From Octopus sinensis (Eukaryota), in contig NC_043006.1 in assembly GCF_006345805.1 (NCBI RefSeq), positions 17,484,001-17,548,000 of the forward strand: 64,000 bases of DNA. Reading direction: 5' to 3'. A model generated the notes under the pieces. The model was not told where the DNA came from, did no database searches, and was given only the letters and a program-made list of their open reading frames with translations. Position numbers and translations under genes: made by a program. Each line of letters starts with the position of its first letter. Position 1 is the stretch's first letter. Shown piece by piece: positions 1 to 13,770 of the stretch.

Positions 1-952
1 TCTGTTTACATTTTACAATTCAGGTATTAAAAAATATGTAGCCTAACTGCATTAAATTGGTCTTAGGTGTTTTTGTGTCTGTTTGATTGCATTGTTAATC
101 CTTCCATAATTATATTTCTTAATGAGTTCATTGCCTGTATATCTTGAGAGATATTCAATATATGTGGTTGCAATTAGTGTCTAAAAAGCAACTAATAGTT
201 TTTTTATGAACTCTTTTTTTTTTAATTCTCTCACAGTTCTCAAACATAGGCACTGCTACTAGACTGGGAAAGAAGAAAACAATATTCAGTATTTACTTTT
301 GACTGTCACACTAATTTATATAAGAATTCCTTGAGAAATTTGGTCAATAATGCTCAATAGAGTCATGTGAGCTACTTGTAGTCATAATTGGTCTAAATAA
401 GATCTCCAATTATGAATGTTCACAGACCAAATGAAAACTGAAAAAAATACAAAATTTCATGACAGTTGATAAAGCATTTTCCCAATAAAGAATATATGTG
501 GTTTTGGTTCTTTAGTGTTATCTGGAAGCAGACCTCTGTTAGAAACTCTTTTTGTTGGTAACCTCTAGCAGCAATCATTTCTAAAAGAATGTTATTGTGA
601 AGACACAATATGTCAAGAATATGAGTTACTCTTACACCAGATGTATAAATCTAATGTTTAATTTAACACGTACATCTGCTCTTTCTACCTTTCCTCTTTC
701 TACCATTCCTACCACTACTACAGCATTCTCTGTTCCTGAGTTGACTTGTTTTGTGCCATCTCAGATACCACCACCAATTCCCTTGTCTTTCCTCTTCTTG
801 TCATGGATATTGCATCTGCCATCTCCAAGTTTTACTCTAATCCCTACATTCAGTTTCTCTTTCTTAAAATATTACCCCCCAAACACCTCATTGAAACTTT
901 CCCTTTGACCATATTTATCCTGCGGCCAATTTCACAAGGAATATTAATTGTA

Positions 953-1207
953 TTAATCCTTTGGCATTCAGGTTATTCTGTCAAATGTAATGTTTATTCA
1001 TTCACATTGTTTTGAATTAATTATGTATTATCTCATAGCTTCGGGATTTCAAAGATTTGATCATTTATTTTTTTCAAAGATGTGATCATCTGTTTATTGT
1101 AGGGTACGTAGGAATGACATTGTGAGAGGCCAGATCTGGCCATTTTGAATATATAACAAGTAGAATATTAGGGCCTGATACCGTCTGTTCAAATGCTAAA
1201 GGGTTAA
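953..1207. mobile_element. piggyBac-type MITE (TTAA-flanked)
   Basis: TTAA at 953-956 and 1204-1207. Ends (t)cctttggcatt ... aatgctaaaggg are inverted repeats. A related copy lies in the opposite orientation at 31914-32134. Confidence 0.8.
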
Positions 1208-1546
1208 AGTATTGGCATGGATTGGATGGTTTAATGAGAGCTAGCAAGCAGGAGAGTCGCACCAGGTCCCTGTCTGATTTGGCTTGGTTTCTATGGCTGG
1301 GTGCTTTTTATGTGGCTTCAACACAAGTGCTTTTACATAGCATCAGCATAAGCACTAATACATGGTGCTGGCACACATGCTTTATACTTGGTACCGGCAC
1401 AGGGCTCTTGCAGACCAATCCTCTTCAGCAGGGGGAGCAGCATTAACACTTCTGCTGTGGAGGACAGATCTTCTTGAGTGCAGCAAACCTCCAGATATCT
1501 TAATCCTTTGTCATCTCCTTTGTAATATGGTAATATGGTATACCAT

Positions 1547-1930
1547 ATCATCATCATCATTTAATGTCCGTTTTCCATGCTAGCATGGGTTGGATTGTTC
1601 ATCCGGGGTCTGGGAAGCCAGAAGGCTGCACCAAGCTCCAGTCTGATCTGGCAGTGTTTCTACAGTTGGATGCCCTTCCTAACGCCAACCACTCCATGAG
1701 TGTAGTGGGTGTTTTTACGTGCCACCGGCACAGATGCCAGGAGAGGTTGGCAACGGCCACAATCGGTTGGTGCTTTTTACATGCCACCGGCACGGAAGCC
1801 AGTCAAGGTGGTGCTGGCATCGACCACATACGGATGGTGCTTTTTACATGCCACCGGCACAGGTGCCTGGGGAGGCTGGCAACAGCCAAGATCGGTTGGT
1901 GGTTTTTACGTGCCACGGACACGGAAGCCA
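1547..1930 (-). mobile_element. SINE family C ((GAT)n-tailed, internal ~60-70 bp direct repeats), 5'-truncated
   Basis: (CAT)n tail at 1547-1560, then the reverse complement of the motif aggaagggcatccagctgtagaaac. Same sequence at 24746-24912, 28969-29186, 30760-31198, 34690-35028 and 35805-36020. Confidence 0.85.
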
Positions 1931-1940
1931 ATATAATGTA

Positions 1941-3031
1941 TAGATCGTGTGGTGAATATATTGTCATCTAAATTATGCAAAAATGAAAATAACACTGACA
2001 TCTCATTTTAACAGATATATTTACCAAAATTACATAAATATATCTTGAAATACTAAAGAGTAAATTTATTCAATAAAATCAATATTGGCTTCAACCATAG
2101 CCTCCAGACAACTTCAGAATCTCCTGCAACTCTTCTGGATAGCCTCCTTGTTTAAGTTGGTGAATGCTGCCATGATCCTTGCCTTCATTTCATCTTTGGT
2201 GTTACAAGGAGTTTTCTTGGTCTCTCACTCAACTGCGCCCCACACAATAACGAAGGGGGTTGCTGTCTGTGGAGTTAGGTGGCCAGATGTTAGGGGTGAT
2301 GTGGTCACAGAAATTATCTGACTGCCATGACTGGGTTCTCCTGCTTGTGTGGCATGGTGCAGAGTCCTGTAACCAGACACAAGGTCTTCCAGCAGCCACA
2401 CCCACTCGACCCAGGACAGCACTACCTCCTCCAAGCACTTGATGTAGGCCTCCATGTTGGGTCTAAGGCCGTGTGGGAAGATAAATGGAAGCATAACATC
2501 ACCATCACTAACGATCACTCCAAACATCATGATGTTGACTGGATGTTTGATTTTTATCACTCTCGGTACATGTCTTCATGCATTACCTGCCTGATAAGAA
2601 ACCCAGACACTCCCATGTCTCTGACAATTTACCTGAATGACTTGGAGGGTTTGTTGTCAATCATTGCCTGGATCTCACCAACAAATTCAGGAATTCTTTT
2701 CTTATCAGAACAGAGTGAGTTTTCCGAGCTGCCATACCTTTATGATCATTAGACTCATCCAACTCTTTCCAAATCTGCTGCCCTCTCCTCCTCAGATTGA
2801 CACCTAAACACTCTGAAATGTTCATATTGGAGCTACCAGTGTGAATGCCAAGCAGTACAGCATGTTGTTTCCATATTTCTGGCAGTGCAAATTGTGTCAT
2901 GGTGCTGTTTTTCCTCACAGACGGTGCCTAACTGACCCTACTATACTGTGTAGTCGACAAAATCAAAAACAAACAATGCGCATGCATGAAATTAAAAACA
3001 TGAAATGGTGACAATTTACCCATCACACCCT
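1941..3031 (-). mobile_element. Decayed Tc1/mariner-superfamily transposon, maT/DD37D-like, with internal deletion
   Basis: Frameshifted transposase pieces PEIWKQHAVLLGI..., IKHPVNIMMFGVIVSDGDVM, WLQDSAPCHTSRRTQSW and WPPNSTDSNPL. Degenerate ~30-bp TIRs with TA at both ends. The sequence jumps from QVMHED to VPRVIKIKHP, so the first catalytic Asp region is missing. Confidence 0.88.
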
Positions 3032-3277
3032 ATATATATATATATATATATATGAAAGAAAAAAGATGTTCAGAATGCTGGATGGTTGTAAAAATATATA
3101 TTTATTTACATATCACATATTATTACTTCATAATAGCGCTTTCAACTACTCCTGTAGTATCATCAGAAATGTCAGTTTAAAAATTTTTGCATGTATTTAT
3201 ATTATTGGTAAATGAAGTGGGGAGAGAGAGAGAGTGTGTGTGTATAATATCGAGAATAGAAGGAGGGAGAAGGTGAA

Positions 3278-3311
<34 letters not shown>

Positions 3312-4431
3312 GGAGTGATAGGGAGATAGAGGGATGGAGAAGGTGAAAGAGAGAGAATATGGGCATGTGTGTTTTAAAACTGTGTATTTTTCTCTATTTT
3401 CTTTTTTTGGGTCTTTTTGTATTTTTTGGATGACCCTTGTAAGAAATGGAAAGAGAGAAGGAAAAAGGGGTTTGAGAGGATTTGTTTTTCAATAGTAGGT
3501 GTGTTGCTATGTACACCCACACATATATCCCCACATAGAAACATACATATATCCACATACACTCGCATATACATACACATATGGAGGAACCTATTGTGTG
3601 TGTACATTTTCCTAAACATTCATACATACATGTATATATATATTATGCAAAATGAATATATATATATATATATAGATCATTGTGCAAAATGAATCTATAT
3701 ATATATAGATCATTATGCAAAATGAATCTATATATATATATATATATATATATATAGATTCCATAGCAGAGTGTGGAAACTACTGTATTTCATTAAATAG
3801 GAGACGGTGAGTTCATGCCTGGCCATATGCAGTGTTTTTGGGTATGAAAATAAATGTGTGCTGCTCTGTATTTAGATTTGCTAATGCATTCTCAATGTAG
3901 TCATGCCTTTACAGAATAGCATTAATACAGAGTTTATATTTACAACTCCATATCATAGTTAACATTGTCTAAAGCGCTTGCTATCTACATTATTTTTTCA
4001 ACACATTTTCAATAGTCTTAATAACACACTCACAATGGAAAGGCAGAGAGATGTAAACCAGTATTTTTCTCAAGGATTATTGTTTGTAGCACTTTCTATA
4101 TTGCATTTACATTATGACGGAATGATAAAAATGAAAGATAACAACTCTCAAGGTAGAAGAGGTGACAATTCTGTGAAAAGGAATATTGTTTTCAGAGATG
4201 TTTTCTCCTAAGACACTACACTTTCACTATTTACTACAAGGACTTTTACATGATCTCAACAAAATAAATGCTGCAGAAAAAAAATAGGATTTCAAGTAAA
4301 ATTATGTATTCCATTGCTCTCTAAAACTTCCAGCAATCTTATAGTTTCAAAATAATGATAGCAATTCCATGGTTACTGCTAGCATATGTGTGTATGTGTA
4401 TTGTGTGTATATGTATGTATGCATATATGTA

Positions 4432-4640
4432 TATTGGGTCATCCAATGAATAAATTGCATTTTTTTAATACTTTTTTTATTTTTCAAAATTATGATAAAC
4501 AAGGTTCTTTTTTAATCTAAAATATACTCTCCTTCATTTTCTGCAATGCTCTTCCATCTATCTGGTTGACTTGCAAGGCCCCTCTTCCAAAATTCACTTG
4601 CCTGTGACAAGAAAATACATCTCCAGTATTGTTCTGATCT
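4432..4640 (-). mobile_element. mariner transposon 3'-end fragment
   Basis: Minus strand encodes ...SEFWKRGLASQPDRWKSIAENEGEYILD*, a typical mariner C-terminus, followed by a TIR-like tattgggtcatccaa. Confidence 0.75.
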
Positions 4641-5029
4641 TTTACTCTTTTAGTCTTTTACTTGTTTCAGTCAGTTGACCGTGGCCATGTTGGAGCACCA
4701 CCTTTAGTCAAGCTAATCGTGCATGTCTAATATATTACATCACATGTATGATTTAACATTTCACATGGAAGTGTTGCATGCAATGGCATTAAAAACAATT
4801 GTAATTGATCATTAAAGATGTACTAAACTCTGACTTTGTCTTATTTGGATTATATTTTGCCTTTCACTAGACCCACACATGGGATTTATCAGGGTAATAC
4901 TTGGATGTTCTATACCAGCAGAAATTTGATCATCCTTAAAACCCCAATTCAAGAGTGTAGATAGCCTTAAGTTTCCATTAATTGCTGCATTGGGAATACT
5001 CAGATTTTCTACCCTTTCAGGACAATATA

Positions 5030-5060
5030 CATACATACATACATATATGTATATATATAT

Positions 5061-5104
<44 letters not shown>

Positions 5105-5178
5105 ATATTACTTTATATAATTATTACTTTATATAAAATATTACTTTATTCAAAATATTACTTGTATATATATATTAC

Positions 5179-5215
<37 letters not shown>

Positions 5216-5226
5216 GTATATATATA

Positions 5227-5261
<35 letters not shown>

Positions 5262-5407
5262 GTATATGTATATATATAAATATATGTATATATATATGTA
5301 TATATATATATATATATATGTATATGTATATATATAAATGTATATATATATGTATATATATAATGTATATGTATATATATATATGTATATATATGTATAT
5401 ATATATA

Positions 5408-5450
<43 letters not shown>
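5030..5450. repeat. Compound (TA)n/(TATG)n microsatellite, ~420 bp
   Basis: Directly visible; source of the YIYIYI ORF artefacts. Confidence 0.97.
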
Positions 5451-5451
<1 letters not shown>

Positions 5452-5491
5452 TTATCATCATTTCTTAATATCCACCTTCCATGCTGACATA

Positions 5492-5523
<32 letters not shown>

Positions 5524-6721
5524 AAATATATATGTGTATATGTGTCTTTATACAAATATTAACTGTGAATAGGGTGAAACAAAGGTGTTGTGTAGAACAC
5601 GAATAAAATGAAAGATGGCATTAATAATTTACAATCCTCAGTCGAATTTTTGCAGATAGCTACACCATAAAATGTTGTGGTGGAAACAGTATCTCTTATG
5701 AGATGTGAAAGAAATTCTGATATTTACAAGGATTTTCTGTAAGGATCAAGAAAATGTGGCTCAGATCAAACAATTAATTTTCCATTCTTCTATTTCTACA
5801 TTCCTTTTTCCAGCAAATATCTCATTCCATTCAATCTGTAGTTTGTATTCCATTTTTTTTTTTTTTTTCAGTTATTTTCATCTTTTATGATACTGGTTTT
5901 TTTTTGTGTTTATTTATTCTTTTTTTTATGAATTATTTGCTTCTGTGCTTTCCAAAGTTATATGTTCAGGTGAGACTTGTGATTTAATTACATCTGAAGC
6001 AATTATCTTCACTACAGCTTCCTTTCTTCCATACATTTATTATTATTATTGTCATTATTACTTTTCCATATTTTTTTTTTATTTTTGCCTCGAGCTTCTC
6101 ACATGTGAAAAAACATACAGACAAGATACGATATCACCAGTGACTATGGTGTCTTGATAATATCCTTTTTGTTTTAGCCATTTTTTTTTGTTTTGTTTAT
6201 TCTTACTCTAATCTTTATAATGGTCAGTATTACTGTATTGCTTGAAAAACATAGTTGGACATCATATACAATCGCTGTTAATGTCACATTAAATATTATA
6301 ACAATGTGTTTATTAATCGCATTTTTCTATTTACTGAAAATCCTAAATCTTTTATCTGCTTATTTTCTCCTGCTGTACCGTGATAATTTCCGTTATAGAA
6401 TCTAACAAGAATAAGTGAAAATGCCAACTACATACCAGTATTTGTAGAAGATTAACATAAATGTTTAGTATCTTTGGGAATTAAATCTCATCAGTGAATA
6501 TAGAGAAACTGAACCTAAAATATTATTCTTTAATACTTTTGTGATCACCCCCTCTGAAACTATCCTTGGTTCTATGATACAAGCTTCCTATTTCAAAGTG
6601 ATCCAAATTAGGTTTCAAACACTAGATTTATAATGGCTAAGCTATCATATTAAATTCTTTATTATTTTCAAAATTAATTGAAAAGAATAAAAGCAGTATG
6701 GTAATCTTTTATTTTTTATCT

Positions 6722-7093
6722 TTTATTTGTTTCAGACTGTGGCCATGCTGGGGTACTGCCTTGAATTTTTTTAGTCAAATGAATTGACTATACTTTTTTT
6801 TCAAGCCTGGTACTTATTCTATTGGTCTCTTTTGCTGAACTGCTAAGTTACAGAGACGTAACCACACCAACATCAGTTGTCAAGTATGAGGGGGATGGGG
6901 GGAACAAACACTGACACAGAGACACACAGATATATATACGTATATATACAATGGGCTTCTTTCAGTTTTCATCTACCAAATCCACTCACAAGGCTTTGGT
7001 CCACCCAAGGCTATAGTGGAAGACACTTGCCCAAAGTGCCATGCAGTGGGACTGAATCCAGAATTATGTGGTTGGGAAACGGCCACTCCTGCC
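6722..7093 (-). mobile_element. SINE family A (tRNA-type head, internal microsatellite, gactgaaac tail)
   Basis: Reverse-complement match to the full copies at 11582-11990 and 17929-18340. Confidence 0.8.
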
Positions 7094-7194
7094 CCTAATG
7101 AATAGGTTAAATGTGTTGTTGAAGACATTTAGCCAAGGTACCAGGTACAACAATCACATAATAATTAAGTGGTAAATAATTACAAATACCAAAA

Positions 7195-7690
7195 ATAAAT
7201 GCCGGAAGAAACGCCGCTAAATATTTAGTCCGATATGTTAACGATTCTATTACCTTGCCATATTATTAATAATTATAACAATTTCAAATTTTGGGACCAG
7301 GCCAGCAATTTTATGGGGAGGAGTTAGTAAATACTTATTAACCCTAGAATCCAACTGGTATTTTGTTTTATTAATCTTAAAAGGATGAGAGACAAACTTG
7401 ACTTTAGGCAGAATTCCAACTCAGAATGTAAAGAGCTGAAAGATAATAATAACAATAATGGTTTCAGATTTTGGCACTAGGCCAGCAATTTCAGGACAGC
7501 GGGTAAGTTGATTGCATCAACCCCAGTATTCAAGTGGTACTTTTTTTTATTATCGATCCTGAAAAAACGAAAGGCAAAGTTGACTGTGACAGAATTTGAA
7601 CCCAGAACATGAAGATGGACAAAATGCCACTAAGCATTTTGTCCAACATGCTAATGATTCTGCAAGCTCACCACTTAATACCACTACTTC
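7195..7690 (-). mobile_element. Cluster of degenerate SINE family B copies
   Basis: Repeated gaaaggatgaaaggcaaagttgac...gaatttgaactcagaac motif in reverse orientation. Confidence 0.7.
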
Positions 7691-8002
7691 TAATGAGTAT
7701 GATAATGATGATGATGTGTCTTCTACTAAAGCTTCGGGCCAACCAAAACTTTGTGAAAAGATTTGGTAGACAGAAACTGAAAGAAACCTGTCGTGTGTGT
7801 GTGTGTGTGTGCATGTCTTTGTTTCTGTGTTTGTTCCACACCACCACTTGACAACTGGTGTTGGTGTGTTTACGTCCCTGTAACTTAGCAGTTCAGCAAA
7901 AGAGACCTATAGAATAAGTATCAGGCTTATAGAAAAATAAGTATTGGGGTTGATTTGACTGACTAAAATTCTTCAAGACAGTGCCCCATGACTGCAGTCT
8001 AA

Positions 8003-8230
8003 TTAACCCTTTTGTTACCAACCCGGCCAAAACCGGCTCTGGCTCTGTGGTAAAATGTCTTGTTTCCATAAGTTTTGAATTAAAATATTCCACCAAGCCT
8101 TAGTCACAATTTACGTTCTTAACACTAGCTAAATGATAACTATGTTATTTTACTAAATTCTTTGTTATATTTAAAATAATTGAAAGAAACACAGAGCATC
8201 TCAAAATAAATACAGTAACAAAAGGGTTAA
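8003..8230. mobile_element. piggyBac-type MITE
   Basis: TTAA-cccttttgttac ... gtaacaaaaggg-TTAA: a perfect 12-bp TIR plus TTAA TSD. Confidence 0.88.
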
Positions 8231-8474
8231 TGGCTTAAACAAGTAGAAGATAAAAGAACTGCCAAGAGAGGAGAAGTTAAATTCTCTATGAATTTGTGTG
8301 TATGTGTGTGTGCATGCATGCATGCCTGTGTGCGTGGGTGTGTGCATGCCTGTGTTGCATGTGTGAGTGTGACAGAAAAGTCATAAAAAGCCTTTTAGTC
8401 TTGACATGAACAAGAAATATTGAAAGTAACTATATTGAAACAAGGAAATTTTTAGTGTTCATTTTGTATAGGTG

Positions 8475-8637
8475 TGGACATTTGTGTGTGTATGTATGTG
8501 TGTGTGTATGTATGTATGTGTGTGTATGTATGTGTGTGTGTGTATGTATGTGTGTGTGGACATTTGTGTGTGTGTGTGGACATTTGTGTGTGTGTGTGGA
8601 CATTTGTGTGTGTGTGTGGACATTTGTGTGTGTGTGT
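8475..8637. repeat. (TG)n-based minisatellite with ggacattt interruptions (20-bp period in the right half)
   Basis: The unit ggacatttgtgtgtgtgtgt occurs ~4 times, after (TATG)/(TG) variants. Confidence 0.9.
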
Positions 8638-8835
8638 ACCAAATCTATTACATGCAAGCATCTTTTCTTTCATTCTGCGTCAATGGATTTATGCATTTGC
8701 CTGCAGACACACATACATATCTATATATACACACATCCCCACGCCTAAACATTCCTCATGTTCAATAACATGCATTGTTGTATATATATACTCACAGGCA
8801 TTCTACCTCAGATATATATATACATACACACACAC

Positions 8836-8875
<40 letters not shown>

Positions 8876-9834
8876 GTGTGTGTGTGTATACATACATATA
8901 TATATATACATACATACACATTTATATATATGTATATGTAAATGTGTGTGTGTGCATCTTTATCTTCATGCACACACACACACACACACACGTTGGGAGA
9001 GAGAGATTTGTTAGAAATAGTGTGTAGGAAGTTTTTACTCCAAATGCTACACCATTTTTTGTTGTTTTTTTTTGTTTGTTGTTTTTTATCTGTTTTTATT
9101 TTCATCAACTTTGTGAACCAAAAGAACGAAGAAATAAAGAAAAAACACAGCAGCAACAAAACAAAAAAAAACGTAAAGACACCCCCCTCTCCTCCCTCCA
9201 CACCAAAACATCTATTTTTCACCTTAACCTTTATCTCTCTAAAAGCATATTACACACTTACAAAATAAAACAAAGAAATATGACATAAGAGGAAAAAAAA
9301 CAATAAGATAACTGCCTTCAAGTGTCTCTGTTTTATTTTATTTTTTTCTCGGTTTATTTATTTATTTGTAGATTTATTTTGCTGTTCTTACAAGTAAACA
9401 GAGATGAATTCTCATATGACTTAAGATTTCCAGAGTTGGATTATTGTTGTTGTTGTTGTTGCTATTGTTTTTGAAGAGCTTTTAGGTGTATTTTTGATCA
9501 TTAGAACTAAATTTTAGGTTAGAATTCAACATATACTCAATATTCTTCCTTTTGTCACCTATGCTAATATAAATAGAAATATCGATGCATTACATGCATA
9601 TACAAACATAGATATACTTTATATATATATATACACATACACAAGGTGGGCCAAAAGTCACATACTAAGTAACTTTAGTACACTTCAGAAGTGTCAAAGA
9701 CATGCTTCAATTTTCCTGAAAGCGAATGACATAAATAAAATAAATACACATGAACTTGTGCACGATGAACAAAAGAATTATAAAAATAATGTAATATAAA
9801 TAAAATGTCTAATATTTTGGAATGCAACAGATCC

Positions 9835-9867
<33 letters not shown>

Positions 9868-9871
<4 letters not shown>

Positions 9872-10753
9872 GGTCTGATCAATAAGTATCCGGACTGTTG
9901 CGATAGTAACAAAGCTAAATCACACAAAATGAAACCATTTGGCACAGGTTGACCTTAAATTCTGCTGTTTATGTGCACTAAGTTTTAACATTCTAGCTCA
10001 CTTCAAAAGTTTACAGCAGTGCTTGGAAGGAAGGTGTGTAGTGTGTGATCATTGCATTGACCATGACAGAGAAAGTTGTCATAGCGATACCTGCTCAGAG
10101 ACCTACACAAAGTTGCAGAAACTGTATGGAGAGGAGTGCATGAGCTGCACAGAAGTGTACAAGTGATTCAGACGTTTCGAAGATGGCTGAAAAAATGTTG
10201 ATATTAATGAACGTTCTGGAAGACCCACAACCAGCAGAACTGAGAAAAACATCGCAGATGTGCATGCAATTAGTGTGTGTGTGGGGGGGGGGTCATCAAA
10301 TCAGCATCCATGAGTTATCAGAGAATGTGCAGATTAGTTATGGCTCAGTTCAGTCCATTATCACTGAAGATTTGAGTATGAGAACACATGTCTGTCAAGT
10401 TTGTGCCAAAACTGCTTTTAGCTAACCAAAAGGACACTCAAGTTTTAGTTGCACAAGATCTCCTTGACTGTGTCAAGAACAATGAAAACTTTTTGGAAAC
10501 TTTGCATTGATGTCTGAGCAGATATTGCCAAGCTTTTGGCAAAATTTGATGCTCAACTTTCTCTGTCGTGATCAATGCTATGATCACACGATACACACCT
10601 TCCTTCCAAGCAGTGCTGTAAGCAGTAGAATTGAGCTAGAATATTGAAACTTAGTGTGTGTACACAACAGAGTTCAAGGTGAATCTGTGCCAAGAAGCTT
10701 CACTCTGCATGTTTTAGCTTCATTATTATAGCAACAGACTGGATCAGACCACG
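9868..10753 (+). mobile_element. Non-autonomous fold-back mariner derivative (5' end duplicated in inverted orientation)
   Basis: Centre encodes a mariner HTH region (CSETYTKLQKLYGEECMS...YK, ELSENVQISYGSVQSIITEDL). Bases 10498-10753 are the reverse complement of 9868-10114, including the transposase start region. Confidence 0.88.
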
Positions 10754-10783
10754 CATATGTGTATATATATATAAATATATATA

Positions 10784-10847
<64 letters not shown>

Positions 10848-11581
10848 TGTATATATTCTTATTTTTTTAATTGGTTCTTATATAAACCTTTTAATAATAG
10901 CATAATAGAAAAAGTTGAAGGCTACTTGAGGGACTCAAAGCCACATCTTCTGTAGACATGACAGGCTTTCTACCATTGTACCAAAGCAATCCTTCAGAAT
11001 TCTCTATTCATTTTAACAACTTTATTATTACTAGCAATATTCATATTTCTAAATTTTACGATTGATAAACAAAAAATATTGTTGAAACTGGTTTGGTATG
11101 TATGTAAATAAATTTATTTAAAAGCAATTACAATTTTTTCAAATTTAGGTGCACTTTCAACAACAAATTTTTAAAAATCTTTTCCTGCATGGAAATACAC
11201 CTTCTCTTTTGTTATGTGTGTGTGTATAAATACCCAGACTCTCATATACATACCAACATTCTTATCATCAATAAGCATAGACTGTAGCTCTTTTATTTAA
11301 TGTAATAATAATATGATATAATAATATTACATTATATAAAATATATATTGTAAAATGCAGAGTTAAGAAGCAACCATGTGATTTTTTGTTCAATCCCACT
11401 CTGTAGCTTCTTGGGTAAATGCTTTCGTGAATTGGGTTGATGAAAACTGTGTGGAGGCCTGTTATATCTTTATGAGTGTGGTGTGGTGTGATGTGGTGTG
11501 TGTGTGTTTGTCCCTCACCACCACCACCAGTGTTTATAAATTTTACACAATTATTAAAAAATTAAAAAATAATAAATTAAA

Positions 11582-11990
11582 CAGGTGCAGGAGTGGTTGT
11601 GTGGTAAGTAGCTTGCTTATGAACCACATGGTTCTGGGTTCATTCTCACTGTGTGGAACCTTGGGCGAGTGTCTTCTACTATAGCCTCAGGCCAACCAAA
11701 GCCTTGTGAGTAGATTTGGTAGATGGAAACTGAAAGAAGCCCGTCGTATATATGTGTGTATATATATATGTATGTGTTTGTGTGTCTGTGTTTGTCACCC
11801 CAACATCGCTTGACAACCAATGCTGGTGTGTTTACGTCCCCGTAACTTAGCAGTTCGGCAAAAAGAGACCGATAGAATAAGTGCTAGGCTTACAAAGAAT
11901 AAGTCCTGGGGGTCGATGTGTTCGACTAAAGGCGGTGCTCCAGTATGGCCACAGTCAAATGACTGAAACAAGTAAAAAAGTAAAAGAGTA
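11582..11990 (+). mobile_element. SINE family A, full length
   Basis: Head aggtgcaggagtggttgtgtggtaag (A-box-like) and gggttcattctc (B-box-like), internal (TA)/(TG) tract, tail gactgaaacaagtaaaa. Confidence 0.9.
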
Positions 11991-12446
11991 AACTGATTAG
12001 AACTACCAGTGAAGTCATTTTTTTTCTTTTTCCAAATATACCTAAATGTACCAAGGATCTCACACATTTTCCAATATGTGTGTGTGTGTGTGTATAAATA
12101 CCCAGACTCTCATATACATACCAACATTCTTATCATCAATAAGCATAGACTGTAGCTCTTTTATTTAATGTAATAATAATATGATATAATAATATTACAT
12201 TATATAAAATATATATTGTAAAATGCAGAGTTAAGAAGCAACCATGTGATTTTTTGTTCAATCCCACTCTGTAGCTTCTTGGGTAAATGCTTTCGTGAAT
12301 TGGGTTGATGAAAACTGTGTGGAAGCCTGTTATATCTTTATGAGTGTGGTGTGGTGTGATGTGGTGTGTGTGTGTTTGTCCCTCACCACCACCAGTGTTT
12401 ATAAATTTTACACAATTATTAAAAAATTAAAAAATAATAAATTAAA

Positions 12447-12845
12447 CAGGTGCAGGAGTGGTTGTGTGGTAAGTAGCTTGCTTATGAACCACATGGTTCT
12501 GGGTTCATTCTCACTGTGTGGAACCTTGGGCGAGTGTCTTCTACTATAGCCTCAGGCCAACCAAAGCCTTGTGAGTAGATTTGGTAGATGGAAACTGAAA
12601 GAAGCCCGTGTGTATATATATATGTATGTGTTTGTGTGTCTGTGTTTGTCACCCCAACATCGCTTGACAACCAATGCTGGTGTGTTTACGTCCCCGTAAC
12701 TTAGCAGTTCGGCAAAAAGAGACCGATAGAATAAGTGCTAGGCTTACAAAGAATAAGTCCTGGGGGTCGATGTGTTCGACTAAAGGCGGTGCTCCAGTAT
12801 GGCCACAGTCAAATGACTGAAACAAGTAAAAAAGTAAAAGAGTAA
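12447..12845 (+). mobile_element. SINE family A, full length (duplicated copy)
   Basis: Near-identical to 11582-11990. Confidence 0.9.
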
Positions 12846-13733
12846 ACTGATTAGAACTACCAGTGAAGTCATTTTTTTTCTTTTTCCAAATATACCTAAA
12901 TGTACCAAGGATCTCACACATTTTCCAATATGTGTGTGTGTGTGTGTATAAACACATAACTTCTGCCAATTGTATTACAAATATTTTTTTTATTAATATG
13001 GTTGTATGTTTGCATGTAATATTAATACATACAACACGCCTCTTCACTTTCTGTCTATCAACTTCCCTCACAAGACATTGGCTGGTTCACAAATATAGTA
13101 TTAAAAAAATCTGCTGTCAGTGTTCATGCAGCGGCACTGAACCCCTAATCACTTGGTCACAAATATTGTAACTTGGTTAATGTATTGAACTTTTTGGTCA
13201 GTTGGGTATTGATTGACTGAATCAATCATGATAGTATTTTAGCTCTTGTTTTTCTAACCTCCACCTTGAGATTTGGGCTCAAAGCAAAAGACTGCTCGAA
13301 ACTCTACAGAGTGTTGAATCTGATAACCTGATGCCTTCCTGTCTCTATAAATTTGTCACTTTTGTAGAACATGTCCCATAAGTCAGGTATGGCATCACTT
13401 AACATTAGAATGTAATTAATTGTAACTGAAGTCTTCCAAGGTATCAACCATGTGATATCTGATAGTTGTTATTGTATTATAACTAACTTTACCATTGCTG
13501 CAATTACTACCATTTATAAACACCCTCACCCAACACGTTGCAAAACTGTGATCTCTACCAGTAAATGGAAAATTTATGGTCATTCCGTCAAACTAATAAG
13601 GGATCATCATGGTCACTAATCTGCTAGAAATAAAAACCAATTCTCTTTGAAATCACACTAGCATATAAAATGCATTGGGCAATGTAGTTAGACATAAATT
13701 ATAATAATAATAATAATAATGATAATAATAATA

Positions 13734-13770
<37 letters not shown>

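Larger units (their letters stand above)
11214..12952. repeat. Near-identical tandem duplication, units of 868 and 854 bp, each with a full SINE A
   Basis: Direct comparison. All three junctions read (tg)n-tataaa. The copies differ by one SNP (ggaggcc/ggaagcc), one cac unit and microsatellite length. Confidence 0.95.

Noticed and set aside
420-950. Purine-rich minus-strand stretch that looks like an exon or a LINE endonuclease
   Set aside because: Stops in all frames and no motif I can recognise with confidence; probably an old TE fragment.
4036-4272. Minus-strand segment with a good acceptor and a GTGAGT donor
   Set aside because: All three frames are closed. It could be a non-coding exon, but such sites arise by chance in AT-rich DNA.
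5178-5572. Long YIYIYI / VCVCVC / HTHTHT ORFs here and at 8430-8941, 34173-34544, 41204-41533 and 58708-59096
   Set aside because: Translations of dinucleotide microsatellites; no coding signal.
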